From NCBI GenBank assembly GCA_964016885.1, contig OZ024765.1, forward strand, positions 4,278,001 through 4,342,000: 64,000 nucleotides of DNA, given 5' to 3'. This stretch comes from Eledone cirrhosa (lineage: Eukaryota). The notes under the pieces are model-generated. The model did not search any database and was not told where the DNA came from. It saw only the letters and a program-made list of their open reading frames with translations. The stretch's first letter is position 1; every line of letters begins with the position of its first letter. Below are positions 42,470 to 54,905 of the stretch, one piece after another. The translations under genes and the position numbers were made by a program.

Positions 42470-45400
42470 TCAGCATGTACCCATGGGAGGTCGGGTACCC
42501 TGTATTACTGCGTGACGCCAGAAGTCACGGTCGTGTGTCATTGACTTTGAGAGGTGTAGTTGGGTAAGGTCGGCTTTTATCACCTCATCCCAAGTCATCT
42601 TGGGTCTCCCCACTCCGCGGTTTCCATCAACTTCTAGTGCTCTGCACCTTTTTATGCAGCTGTCATCCTTCATACGCATCACATGTCCATACCAGCGTAA
42701 CCGCCTCTCCTGCACGCAGCATTTGATTCCTCTTATGCTCAGTCTCTCTCTCAATTCATTTATGCTTTGTCGTTCACGTATATTACTGTTACACATCCAT
42801 CGGAGCATGCAGGCTTCGTTTCTCTCTAATCTACGTAAGTCTTCCACCTTCAGCGCCCAGGTCTCACTACCATGCAACATCGCTGTTCGGATACACGCAT
42901 CATACAGTCTGCCTTTCATTCTGAGGGAGAAGCCTTTTGCAGCTAGCAGTGGTAGTAGTTCCCTAAACTTCTTCCATCCCGTTCTTACCCTAGTTATTGT
43001 ACTTTCTGAGCACCCACCTCCGTTGCTAATTCGGTCACCTAGGTAGCAGAAGCTGTCTACTGTTTCTACAGGGCCCTCCCAGAGATTGGTGGTACTTGTT
43101 TCCTGTGGCTGTTTGCTTGCTGTTTCAGCACAGCTGCTGCATGTGAATCCTACATTCTTAATTAAGCTTCCTGAGATCCCGCTACATCTCTTGTGTACCC
43201 ATTGTTTGCATTTGGGGCAAAGAATGGAGTTCCTACCTACACCTTTCCTACATACTGAGCAAGGCCATTTCCCTGAGGGGATCTGGGTTCTGTTTTCTCG
43301 TCTACTTATAAGGACCTTAGTCTTTGTCATGTTGACTTTGAGGCCCTTTCTCTCTAGTCCCTGCTTCCAGGTTTGGAATTTATTCTCTAGTTCTACCATA
43401 GATTCAGCTATGAGTGCGAGGTCATCAGCATACAGGAGTTCCCATGGGCATCCGGTCTTAAACTCCTCCGTTATTGCCTGCAGGACTATGATGAACAGGA
43501 GAGGGCTAAGAACAGAGCCCTGGTGGACCCCAACCTGTACGCTAAATTCCTCGCTATACTCATTGCCAATCCTAACTTTGCTGACTGCTCCCCTATACAT
43601 AGCTTGTACCGCTTTCACAAGCCATTCATCTACTCCTAGTTTTCTAAGAGCCCACCAGATTACTGCACGTGGAACTCTGTCAAAGGCTTTCTCAAGGTCG
43701 ACAAATGCCAAGTAGAGTGGCTTACTTTTAGCTAGGTACTTTTCCTGTAATTGCCTCACAAGGAAGAGCGCATCAGTGGTGCCTTTCCCTGGAACAAACC
43801 CAAATTGCATCTCGTCTATATTCACCCGGTCCCTAATCAGCTGTGCTATAACTCTTTCTGTTACTTTCATGACCTGGTCCATCAACTTTATACCTCTATA
43901 GTTTCCTCTATCTAGTGCATCGCCTTTACCTTTGTAGCAGTTGACAATGATGCTACTGCACCAATCTTTTGGTATGGCCCCCTCTAGTATTACCTGGTTA
44001 ACGATACGTGTGGTTATAGTGTGACCTACAGACCCAGATGCCTTCAGCATCTCGGCAGCTATACCCGATGGACCGGTTGCCTTCCCTATCTTCATATCTC
44101 TGATTGCCTTACTTACTACGCTGCCGCTGACTTGTACTGCTGGTCCCTCTATAGGGTCTACGTGGGGTAGGGTCTCTTCTTCCCATGCATTCTCCTCATT
44201 TAGTAATCTATCATAATGACTCTTCCATGCATCTTTCTTCTCAGCACTTGTGAGGGCAAGCTCACCTTTATCATTCCGGATACACTTCTCTCCAATGACA
44301 TCACAACTATCTCTGACACACTGCCTCGCAATCTTGAATACCTCCTGTTTCTGGTCCTCACGTTGTAAAACATGCTTGAATTTTCTATCCTCTGCTTCCC
44401 TCCTAGCTAAGTATACTTGTCGCCTAGCTTCCCTCTTGGTCTCTATGTAATGTACCCTGCTCCCCCCGTTCTTCCATTCTTTCCATGCCTGTCTCTTGGC
44501 CTTGACTGCTTCATCTACCTTATTGTTCCACCACCAAGTCACTCTCCTCCTGCTTGAGGTCTTACTCCAGCCACAAACCTCATCCGTCGCCTCTAGTAAG
44601 TTATTTTTTAGGAACTCCCAGTTCTCTTCTACGTTAAATGTCTCTATCTGTTCTTCTTTACTGTCGTAGGCGTTGAGTAAAATATCTTTAAATCTGTTAC
44701 TGGTTGAGGGGACTTTCAGCTTCCAGATCTTTCTTCTCCAGGTTGGCCTCTGTTTCAGGGCTCGTCTAGTTCTGACCGTGAGGTCGCTGACAACTAAGCT
44801 ATGTTGGGATGTACATTCCTCACTAGGGAAGGCTTTTGTGTTTACGACCGTCCATCTGTCACGTCCTCTGATGAGGATAAAATCTAACTGACTAGAGTGC
44901 TCCCCTGATCTATAGGTGATCAGGTGGTTGTCGGGTTTTTTAAAGTTTGTGTTACATATCGACATGTCATTGGCGTCGCAGAATTCTAGAAGTCTGAATC
45001 CTTCCTCATTCCTTGTGCCAACTCCATGGCCTCCATGTACTCTATTGAAGCCGTCGCAGTGTTTACCTACGTGTCCGTTAAAATCTCCTGCAATGATTAG
45101 GAAGTCCTTGTCGTCTGTTAGAGCAGTAGTGTGTATTAGGGACTCGTAAAACCTATCCTTAAGTTCGTCTGGCAGCCCCGATTGGGGTGCGTAAGCTGAT
45201 ATTATTGTGGTAATTGTCTTATTCAGGACTAGTCTGAGTTTAATGATTCTTGCATTTACCCTGTACACTGAGATTACTTTATCTACCCACTTGTCAGCTA
45301 ATAGTATACCTACACCACCCATCCCATCGTCATTTCCCACCCAGAAAAATTTGTAGCACTGGCTTTTTCCTACAAGGACTCTAGCAGACCCTCCTCTCCA

Positions 45401-45589
45401 TCTAGTCTCTTGCACACAGCATACATCAACTTCCTTTCGCTCTAGCATTTCTACGATTTCTCCTGCTCTTCCTTTCATTGAGCCTACATTGATGGTACCA
45501 ACTCGGAGTTTTGGGCATTTGTCGACACTCGTAGGGGAGGGTCTCTGGGTTGGCGCTTCACGTGGGTGCTTGGTAGCTCGCAGATTCAT
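42470..45589 (-). CDS. RTE LINE polyprotein: APE endonuclease plus reverse transcriptase with an inserted PHD-type zinc finger (1039 aa)
   Basis: APE motifs GTINV, VQETRW, GDFNGH, LDFILI, SQH. RT motifs YRGIKL, QFGF, FVDLEKAFDRV, GVHQGSVLSPLLF, YADD. Finger CxxC-CxxC-HxxC-CxxC. Confidence 0.97.
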   Translation of the reverse strand: MNLRATKHPREAPTQRPSPTSVDKCPKLRVGTINVGSMKGRAGEIVEMLERKEVDVCCVQETRWRGGSARVLVGKSQCYKFFWVGNDDGMGGVGILLADKWVDKVISVYRVNARIIKLRLVLNKTITTIISAYAPQSGLPDELKDRFYESLIHTTALTDDKDFLIIAGDFNGHVGKHCDGFNRVHGGHGVGTRNEEGFRLLEFCDANDMSICNTNFKKPDNHLITYRSGEHSSQLDFILIRGRDRWTVVNTKAFPSEECTSQHSLVVSDLTVRTRRALKQRPTWRRKIWKLKVPSTSNRFKDILLNAYDSKEEQIETFNVEENWEFLKNNLLEATDEVCGWSKTSSRRRVTWWWNNKVDEAVKAKRQAWKEWKNGGSRVHYIETKREARRQVYLARREAEDRKFKHVLQREDQKQEVFKIARQCVRDSCDVIGEKCIRNDKGELALTSAEKKDAWKSHYDRLLNEENAWEEETLPHVDPIEGPAVQVSGSVVSKAIRDMKIGKATGPSGIAAEMLKASGSVGHTITTRIVNQVILEGAIPKDWCSSIIVNCYKGKGDALDRGNYRGIKLMDQVMKVTERVIAQLIRDRVNIDEMQFGFVPGKGTTDALFLVRQLQEKYLAKSKPLYLAFVDLEKAFDRVPRAVIWWALRKLGVDEWLVKAVQAMYRGAVSKVRIGNEYSEEFSVQVGVHQGSVLSPLLFIIVLQAITEEFKTGCPWELLYADDLALIAESMVELENKFQTWKQGLERKGLKVNMTKTKVLISRRENRTQIPSGKWPCSVCRKGVGRNSILCPKCKQWVHKRCSGISGSLIKNVGFTCSSCAETASKQPQETSTTNLWEGPVETVDSFCYLGDRISNGGGCSESTITRVRTGWKKFRELLPLLAAKGFSLRMKGRLYDACIRTAMLHGSETWALKVEDLRRLERNEACMLRWMCNSNIRERQSINELRERLSIRGIKCCVQERRLRWYGHVMRMKDDSCIKRCRALEVDGNRGVGRPKMTWDEVIKADLTQLHLSKSMTHDRDFWRHAVIQGTRPPMGTC

Positions 45590-45894
45590 ATTTCATCTAT
45601 CGATTCAGAGTTGCTCGTGTATTCCCAGCTCATCCATCCCTAACGGTGGGAAAATTGAGGGCTAGAAGGACAGTGGTGGTGGGGTAATGGCAGGGTGTGT
45701 TGGGATGCGCCAGAGGAGGAGAGAGTTAGTTAGGCAGGTAGTAGCAGCAGCAGCAGTGGAAATGGCATGCTAGGTTTGATTGGTCGAATAGACTATGGTG
45801 GTGTGTGGGGGTGGGGGGGAGGGAAATTGTGAGGTAGGAACTGAGGGTCGCATGGTAAATATCCAAGTTAATACTACATCAGTAAAATTAACAA

Positions 45895-46257
45895 TAATAA
45901 CGTCATGAAAAAAGCTACTAAGAGAAACCCTCGAAAATTTATCGCTAATACAGCAGGGAAAATTTAACGCTAATACAGCAGGGAACATCATAATATTAAC
46001 GACATGAAAAAGCTACTAAGAGAAACCCTCGAAAATTTATCGCTAATACAGCAGGGAAAATTTAACGCTAATACAGCAGGGAACATCATAATATTAACGA
46101 CATGAAAAAGCTACTAAGAGAAACCCTCGAAAATTTATCGCTAATACAGCAGGGAAAATTTAACGCTAATACAGCAGGGAACATCATAATATTAACGACA
46201 TGAAAAAGCTACTAAGAGAAACCCTCGAAAATTTATCGCTAATACAGCAGGGAAAAT
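45895..46257 (-). repeat. 98-bp tandem monomers (~3.6 copies) at the LINE 5' end
   Basis: catgaaaaagctactaagag... recurs at 45904, 46003, 46101 and 46199, essentially identical. Confidence 0.9.
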
Positions 46258-46304
46258 ATACATATACATATACATATATATATATATATATATATAATAA
46301 TAGT

Positions 46305-46494
46305 AATTGTTTCTACTTTAGGCACAAGGCCACCAATTATCCCAGTACATTACTGGTACTTTATTTTATCGATCCCCGTAAGGATGAAAGACAAAGTTAA
46401 CCTCAGCGGGATTTGAACTCAGAATGGCAAGGGCCGTAACTCTATGCGTCAAAGCATGGCGTCCGACCCTCTACCGATACTGCCAATCCACCAC
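46305..46494 (-). mobile_element. Meta-type tRNA SINE
   Basis: Full head and core. Confidence 0.8.
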
Positions 46495-46520
46495 CCTTAT
46501 ATAATAATAATAGTAATGAT

Positions 46521-46654
46521 AATAAATATGAAGACTAAAATCCAAAGAGGGCTCGATAAGGACAAATATATATCAGATATACAAGAACCGTAGAGCAAAT
46601 ATTTATTAAAATAACTGATTAAAGTTTAAGCAAAGAATCACCTCTTTCACCCTT
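46521..46654 (-). mobile_element. Fold-back family F3, tail plus one arm
   Basis: Reverse complement of 33880-34012; ends in TA. Confidence 0.75.
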
Positions 46655-46679
46655 ATATATATGTATCTATATATATGTA

Positions 46680-46892
46680 TCTAGAATATGGACGGGTTCG
46701 AAGAAGTTTAGGGAGCTGCTTCCTCTGTTGACAAAGAAGGGTTTCTCCCTGCGTATGAAAGGCCAATGATATGATGCCTGTGTGAGATGCGTGATGCTGC
46801 ATGGTAGTGAGACTTGGGCAGCATCTGCGGAGGATATGTGACGGCTGGAGAGAAATGAAGCAAGCATGCTTCGATGAACGCGCCATGTGAAT
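46680..46892 (+). mobile_element. RTE family B fragment
   Basis: KKFRELLPLLTKKGFSLRMKG...LHGSETWA, with stops. Confidence 0.8.
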
Positions 46893-47227
46893 ATAATCTA
46901 TAATATCATTGATTATATTATCGATAATTTTCAGTTTTAGGAGCTGAATTCTGATATGATTTCTGAAACTATTGTAAGCCAATAAATATATTTTTTTCAA
47001 GAATTCGGTATTCTATTCTCTAACAATTAATTTATATATTAACACTTTCCCTAGACACTTTCTGCATGACATATAATTCTCTTGCTTACTTTCACTGCAC
47101 ACTTGCCTTGCAGCTTATACACATTGAGCACACTCTCCTCTTTACTACTAGCTTATAATTCTCACAACTAATCTCTTATCTCTCCTTCTTGATTGTATTG
47201 TACACTTACTTTTGATATATATATATC

Positions 47228-47620
47228 AATGAAGCAAGCATGCTTCAATGGATTACAATGTCAATGTGCATGAACGACCAAGCATGGATGAGTTGAGAGA
47301 GAAACTGTGTATAAGAGAGATAAGTTGTGATGTGCAGGAGAGAAGACTGGGGTGGTATGGACATGTGATGCGCATGGAGGAGGACCGCTGGGTGAAGAAG
47401 TGCCAAGAAATCCCACTAGAAGGAAGACGCAGTAGAGGAAGACCACGAAAAACATGGGCGGAGGTGGTGAGAGCTGACCTCAGATCACTGAAGCTCACGG
47501 AGGAGATGACGAAGGACATTGACAAGTGGAGAGATGCTGTGCGATGCTGTGCTGAATAGGACCCGTCCAACCCTTGCAAGCAGGGAAAAGTGGACGTAAA
47601 ATGATGATGATGGTGATGAT
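47228..47620 (+). mobile_element. RTE family B 3' fragment
   Basis: ERRLGWYGHVMRMEEDRWVKKC...RGRPRKTW plus tail. Confidence 0.85.
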
Positions 47621-48217
47621 GATAATATATATATACAAAGAAGAGCTGAGAAAAAACCTGACCTACTATCAACTGTAACTCCATCAAATGTCCATTGTCA
47701 ACCCTCCACAAAACCCACCATCAACTATAACTCCTACAAGACCCCCCCCCCTACAAGATGCCCCATGGACTTTAACCTCGCCCAGTGTCAACAGTCCACT
47801 GTCCATCCTATACAACAGGCATGTCAGAAATGCGGCTCTTTCCAAACACACCTGTGGCCTCCACGAAGGTTTTTACAACGCAACCATGTCTTATCTTGGT
47901 TGCGTTGTTGTAATGTGTGCAATTATTTGCCGTGTGTGACCCTCAGACACCACATATGTGACCCATATGGCCCTCGGGTGACCCTCAGTTTGACATGCCT
48001 CCTATACAAGACCCACCCCACCCCCTGTCCTCTCCCTCTGCAATCCTCAACTGTCCCCTACCTTCCTACCCCACTCAAGAGACCACCATAAATCATCTCC
48101 TCAGTCAGTCACAGACAAAACAAAGACATTCATTTTTATTCATGAAGAAAATTTCTTTTCTCACAATCAAAATATTTCTTTTCAACCTCCAACCTCTTTA
48201 TCACATTGTCTACACAA

Positions 48218-48250
<33 letters not shown>

Positions 48251-48276
48251 CCTACATACACATATATATACACACA

Positions 48277-48327
<51 letters not shown>

Positions 48328-48637
48328 ACATACACATATATATATACACACGCACACATATATATATACACATACATACATACATACATATATATATATA
48401 TACATACATACATAGATATATATATATATATATACACACACATATATATATATATATATAAAGACCCACACACATACCAATATATACATTCAGACACATA
48501 TACATACAACAGAACAAGCACACACACACATATACTGCTCATACATACACACACAGCCTAAACACACACACACAGCCTAAACACATACACACGCTGATGA
48601 TATTAAACTAATTCATCTTATAATACCTGAATGGTCT

Positions 48638-49540
48638 GAGAGAGAGAGTGGGAGAGAGGGGGAGAGAGACAGTGGGAGAGGGAGAAAGAGTAAGGAAGAG
48701 GGTTGGAGAGAGAGAGAAGAGGAGAGAAAGAGAGAGAGGAGATGAGAGAAGAAGAGAGAAAGAGAGAGAGAGGAGAGGAGAGAAAGAGAGAGAGAGAAGG
48801 GGAAAAAGAGAGAGAAGGAGAAAGAGAGAGGAGAAAGAGAGAAAAAAGGGAAAGAGAGAGAGAAGGAGAGAGAGGAGAAAGAGAGAAAGAAAGGGAAAGA
48901 GAGAGAGAAGGAGAGAGGAGAAAGAGAGAAAGAAAGGGAAAGAGAGAGAGAAGGAGAGAAAGCCAGAATTTAATAAATTAGAGAGAGGGTAATAAAGAGA
49001 GATTGGAGGTGAGGGGTGAAGATTGTTACAACACTTATTAAGGAACATTAATGGTGGTGGTGGTGGTGGCGGTGGTGGTGGTGTGGTGGTGGTGTGGTAG
49101 TTGTGGTGGTGTTGATGGTGGTGGTGTGGTGGTGTGGTGGTGGTGGTGGTGGGGTGATGGTGGTGGTGGTGGAGGTGTGGTGGTGGTGGTGGTGGTGTGG
49201 TGGTGTGGTGGTGTGGTGGTGGTGTGGTGGTGGTGTGGTGATGGTGGTGGTGTTGATGGTGGTGGTGGTGTGGTAGTGGTGGTGTGGTGGTGATGTGGTG
49301 GTGGTGGTGTGGTGGTGTGGTAGTGGTGGTGGTAGTGGTGGTGTGGTAGTAGTGATGGTAGTGGTGGTGCTGGTGGTAGTAGTGGTGTTGATGGTGGTGG
49401 TGGTGGTGGTGGTAGTAGTAGTGGTGGTGTGGTAGTGTGGTGGTGGTGTGGAAGTGGTGATGGTGTGGTAGTGGTGGTGGTGTGGTGTGGTGGTGGTGAT
49501 GTGGTGTTGGTGGTAGTGGTGGTGCTGGTGGGGGGGGGTT
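48638..49540. repeat. (GA)-rich then (GGT)n low-complexity tracts
   Basis: Directly visible. Confidence 0.9.
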
Positions 49541-50203
49541 ACAGTGACATTAATTCGGGGTGGGGTGGGGGTCTGGGGGAGGGGTGACTGTTGGTTCCTG
49601 TCTTGTGTGTGTGTGACATCTCACCTTTTATGACAATGTTGGACTAATACAAACATATATACATTTACACATACATTCACATATACATATACATACATAT
49701 ATATATATTCAAATATACATACAATCGCTCACATATATATACACGCACATACACAAAAACATACACACAAACATATAAGGTATATAGATATATACATACA
49801 CACACAGAGACATATATATATATATATATATATACACATGCACACACACATATATACACACATACAAACACACACACACACATATATATATATATACACA
49901 CAAACACACACACACACATATATATATACATACAAACACACACACACACATATATATATACACACACAAACACATATACACACATATATATACATATATA
50001 AGCACACACATATACACACACACACATATTTATACACACATATACACACACACACATATATATATATATATACACACACATATATATATATACGCACACA
50101 CATATATATATACACACACACATATATATATATATACACACACATATATATATATATACACACATATATATATATATATACACACACACATATATATATA
50201 TAT

Positions 50204-50244
<41 letters not shown>

Positions 50245-50295
50245 TATATATATATATATACACACACACATATATATATATATATATACACACCC

Positions 50296-50354
<59 letters not shown>

Positions 50355-50357
50355 CAT

Positions 50358-50451
<94 letters not shown>

Positions 50452-50711
50452 ACACACACACATATATATATATACACAGACATATTTATATTTTGTTGTA
50501 CAACAAAGGGACATTAAATGAAATATTTCTGGACCATTTCATCTAAATATTGGTTTATCAGTGGACGTGTGTATGTATGTGAGTGTGTGTATATGTGTGT
50601 GTATGTATATGTGTGTGTATGAGTGTGTCTAATGTGTGTCTGTATATATGTGTGTGTGTGTGTGTCTGAAGTGTGTATGTATCGATATATATGCTTGTAT
50701 GTGGATGTATA

Positions 50712-50983
50712 TCATCATCATCATCATCATCATCACCGTTTTACGTCTGTTCTTCCACGCTAGCATGGGTTAGACGGGTTGTCCTGTTGTGGGCAGTGTC
50801 TGGTCGGCTGACCTTGTCTTGCTCATACGGGAACTGATCTGGCTTGATTTCTACAGCTGGATGCCCTTCCTAACACCAACCTCATTTACAGTGAGTGCTG
50901 GGTGCTTTTTCGTGGCGCCTACACGTCCACTTTACAGTGTGGGCTGGGTGCTTTTTTGCCATGGCACCTCCACGACCACCTTG
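50712..50983 (-). mobile_element. RTE family A copy, 3'UTR only
   Basis: Matches 42179-42436. Confidence 0.9.
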
Positions 50984-51019
50984 TATATATATATTTGTAT
51001 ATATATATCTGTATGTATG

Positions 51020-51058
<39 letters not shown>

Positions 51059-51149
51059 CTAATGTGAGTATGTGGATGTATATATTTATGCGTGTGTATA
51101 TATATACATATATATATATATATAAGAGAAGGAAAATTCTGATATAACA

Positions 51150-51452
51150 CCTGCAACCTGCAATCTTCTTGGTGAGGCAATTGCAAGAGAGGTTCTTAGA
51201 GAAAAATAAGCCACTATACTTAGCCTTTGTTGACCTAGAGAAGGCCTTTGATAGGGTACCCCGATCTGTTTACTCAGCTGTAGAAATGAGATGATAGGGA
51301 GTGGGGTCCCTATCATTCCACTGCAAAGTGGTCGTGGAGGTGCCACGGCAAAAAAGCACCCAGCACTCACTGTAAATGAGGTTGGTGTTAGGAATCAGTT
51401 CCCGTCCCACCCTTGCAAGCAGGGAAAAGCGGACGTAAAATGATGACGATGA

Positions 51453-51455
<3 letters not shown>
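51150..51455 (+). mobile_element. RTE RT fragment fused to a CORE-SINE 3' half
   Basis: AIFLVRQLQERFLEKNKPLYLAFVDLEKAFDRVP, then gtttactcagctgtagaaatgag... Confidence 0.75.
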
Positions 51456-51532
<77 letters not shown>

Positions 51533-51870
51533 CAGGGAAAAGCGGACATAAAATGATGATGATGATGATGATGAATAAGGTGATATGTTTTAGTTCAGGA
51601 TGATCTACATCTCCTCCAATATATGTTCCGTTGTCTAAGGAAGGATGTGTCAGTGTTTTGCCGGCTTCTTTCAATTATTCATTCTTAAACTCTGCCTGAG
51701 ATGACCCAAGCTGAACTCTTCTGGAATAATAATTACTGTATTATTTAACAGTACATTGGTTATCTCTCTCTCTCTCTACATCTCCTCTCTCTGCTATCCA
51801 TTACCCCCTCTCTCTCTCTGTGCTTCTCTCCCTGCTTCCCACCATCCTCTCCTTCTCTCTGCTTCCCATC

Positions 51871-51917
<47 letters not shown>

Positions 51918-52239
51918 TTCCCATCGCCCTCTATCTCCCTCTCTCTTTGTTCATTTCTTTCTCTGTGCATCTCTCCCTCTCTCTCACTCTCTGTACTTCT
52001 CTCTCCCTCTCTGCCCCTCTCTCTCTCTTCCCATGAATACCTCTCCCAGTAGAGTCAGTATGGTAGAGAGGGTTCTTTAGTCAAGTGAATGATCAACAAC
52101 CTCCCTAGTGCATGATACCATAATAAGGTGCACCCAGTACACTCTGTATAGTGGTTGATGTTAGGAAGAGCTCCCAGCTATAAAAACTATGCCAGAAAGA
52201 GTTGAGAGTAGTGCTGGACTTACCTATTAACTAAATTAG

Positions 52240-52610
52240 CTGTCCTAACTCTAAACCTAACCCCCACCCTAACCCTCACCCTCACTCCAACCCTCACACT
52301 CCCCCTAACTCTAGCCCTCACTCTAATTCAATGATTGTGGGGCTGGTATTGTTTAACTCTTACCCTAACCCCGACCCTAACCCTTACCCACACCCTAACT
52401 CACACTCCAACCCTCACCCTAACACTCACCCTTACCTTCACCCTAATCCTCACCCCCACCTTAACCCTCACCCCCACCCTCACCCTGATTACAGTGATTG
52501 TGGGGCTGGTACTGTTTAACTCTTACCCTCACCCTAACCCTTACACTCGCCCTAACTCTAACACTCCACTCCACCCTAACTCTACCCCTCACCTTAACTC
52601 TAAAGCTCAC
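52240..52610. repeat. Degenerate (CCCTAA/CCCTCA)n telomere-like tract with an internal duplication
   Basis: accctaac/accctcac hexamers; tgattgtggggctggta occurs twice. Confidence 0.6.
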
Positions 52611-52929
52611 CCCCCCCCCTCCCTTCCCCACCCCAGAGCCACTGTGACTGCTACTCTCCGCTGTTTCAAGATATAATGTAAAGTCCACAGTGAAGAGCTC
52701 CACTGAATATAAATAGAAGCATTATTCTAACACCAACAGGAATCTATCAAATAAATACTGATTACAGATTCCTTTCCAGGTATTAAATCAGGTGTTAACA
52801 TGCAATCACAGTATGCCTGCTTCCTCCACTACATCATCCTCTCCCGCCTCTTTTCTTTACCTCCTCTTCCAACTATTCTGAAGTTTATTTGCTTAGTGAA
52901 GCAGGACCAACCATTATTATATATATGTG

Positions 52930-52973
<44 letters not shown>

Positions 52974-52974
52974 T

Positions 52975-53530
52975 GTGTGTGTTAGATATATATTTATATG
53001 TGTGAGAGAATGCATATTATATATATATATATATGTGTGTGTTGAGAGAGAAACTGTGTGTGTGTGTGTGTGTTAGATATGTATTTATATGTGTGAGAGA
53101 ATGTATATTATATATATATATATAATATAAAATCAAAAGATGGTTAAAGGAGTTCCATATATTTTATTATGCGCATTTCAAAAACAAACATCATCATGCA
53201 CTACAATAAAACTCACCTCCTACATTATATATATATATATATATATGTGTGTGTTGAGAGAGAAACTGTGTGTGTGTGTTAGATATATATTTATATGTGT
53301 GAGAGAATGTATATTATATATATATATATATATGTGTGTGTTGAGAGAGAAACTGTGTGTGTGTGTTAGATATATATTTATATGTGTGAGAGAATGTATA
53401 TTATATATATATATATATATGTGTGTGTTGAGAGAGAAACTGTGTGTGTGTGTTAGATATATATTTATATGTGTGAGAGAATGTATATTATATATATATA
53501 TATATATGTGTGTGTTGAGAGAGAAACTGT
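52975..53530. repeat. ~90-bp tandem duplications spanning a LINE/microsatellite junction
   Basis: Unit contains ttgagagagaaactgtgt, the truncated 5' end of the adjacent RTE-B copy. Confidence 0.8.
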
Positions 53531-53825
53531 GTCGGAGAGGGATAGAATGTAGTGTGCGAGAGAGGAGACTGAGGTGGTATGGACATGTGATGCGCATGGA
53601 GGATGACCGATGGGTGAAGAAGTGCCAGGAATTGCCAGTTGAAGGAAGACGTGGTAGAGGTAGACCACGAAAAACATGGGCGGAGGTGGTGAGAACAGAC
53701 CTCAGATCGCTGAAGCTGACGGTGGAGATGACGAAGGACCGTGACGAGTGGAGAGATGCTGTGCTGAATAAGACCCATCCCACCCCTGCAAGTAAGGAAA
53801 AGCGGACGTAAAATGATGATGATGA
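53512..53825 (+). mobile_element. RTE family B 3' fragment
   Basis: LREKLCRRGIECSVRERRLRWYGHVMRM...KEKRT plus (GAT)n. Confidence 0.9.
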
Positions 53826-54047
53826 TATATTTACCAACATGTATACACATATATAAACATACACACACACACACACATATATATATATACATATATATAT
53901 ATATTTCCCAACATATATCAACACACATATATCAACACACACACACATATATGTATATATATATATATATTTACCAACATATATACACATATATCAACAC
54001 ACACACACACATATATATATATATTTATATATGTATGTGTGAGAATG

Positions 54048-54078
<31 letters not shown>

Positions 54079-54313
54079 CAACATGTATACACATATATGA
54101 ACACACATATATATATATATAATATATTTATATATGTGTGAGAATGTAATATCATCAACATCATCATCTTCGTTTAACGCCCATTTTCCACGCTAGCATG
54201 GGCTAGACGGTAATGTTTATATATATATATATATATATGTGTGAATGTATATATATGTATGTATGTGTGTGTTTGTGTGTATAGAAATATAAATACAGAT
54301 ATATATATATATA

Positions 54314-54871
54314 TCATCATCATCATCATAACCGTTTTACGTCCGTTCTTCCACGTTAGCATGGGTTAGACGGGTTGTCCTGTTGTGGGCAGTGTCTGGT
54401 CAGCTGACCATGCCTTGCTCATACAGGAACTGGTTTGGCTTGATTTCTACAGCTGGATGCCCTTCCTAACACCAACCTCATTTACAGTGAGTGCTGGGTG
54501 CTTTTTCCGTGGCGCCTACACGTCCACTTTACAGTGTGGGCTGGGTGCTTTTTTGCCGTGGCACCTCCACGACCACCTTGCGGTGGGAGGGTGTGGGGCC
54601 ATATTGTCTATATGCTTCAGCTTGTACCCATGGGGGGGTCGGGTACTCTGTATTACTGCGTGATGCCAGAGGTCACGGTCGTGTGTCATCGCCTTTGAGA
54701 GGTGTAATTGGGTAAGGTCGGCTTTTATCACCTCATCCCAGGTCATCTTGGGTCTCCCCACACCGCGGTTTCTATTGACTTCTAGTGCTCTGCACCTTTT
54801 TATGCAGCTGTCATCCTTCATACGCATCACATGTCCATACCAATGCAACCGCCTCTCCTGCACACAGCATT

Positions 54872-54875
<4 letters not shown>
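54314..54875 (-). mobile_element. RTE family A, more diverged 5'-truncated copy
   Basis: IKCCVQERRLHWYGHVMRMKDDSC... plus 3'UTR, between TA tracts. Confidence 0.9.

Positions 54876-54905
<30 letters not shown>

Larger units (their letters stand above)
42179..46257 (-). mobile_element. Full-length RTE-clade LINE (family A)
   Basis: 5' monomer array, 5'UTR, single intact ORF, ~290-bp 3'UTR, (GAT)n tail. Possible TSD tatacatata within the TA tract. Confidence 0.95.

Noticed and set aside
45590-45890. HDV-like ribozyme in the RTE 5'UTR
   Set aside because: Known for some RTEs, but I could not identify the nested double pseudoknot by eye; it needs a descriptor search.
46856-47246. 19-bp repeat aatgaagcaagcatgcttc as the TSD of a 350-bp insertion
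   Set aside because: Degenerate LINE homology continues past the first copy, so these are more likely two overlapping RTE fragments.
48618-48640. 9-nt minus-strand microexon
   Set aside because: The pyrimidine tract is a simple GA repeat and the donor (GTATTA) is weak.
52240-52610. True telomere or chromosome fusion site
   Set aside because: Highly degenerate, single orientation and short.
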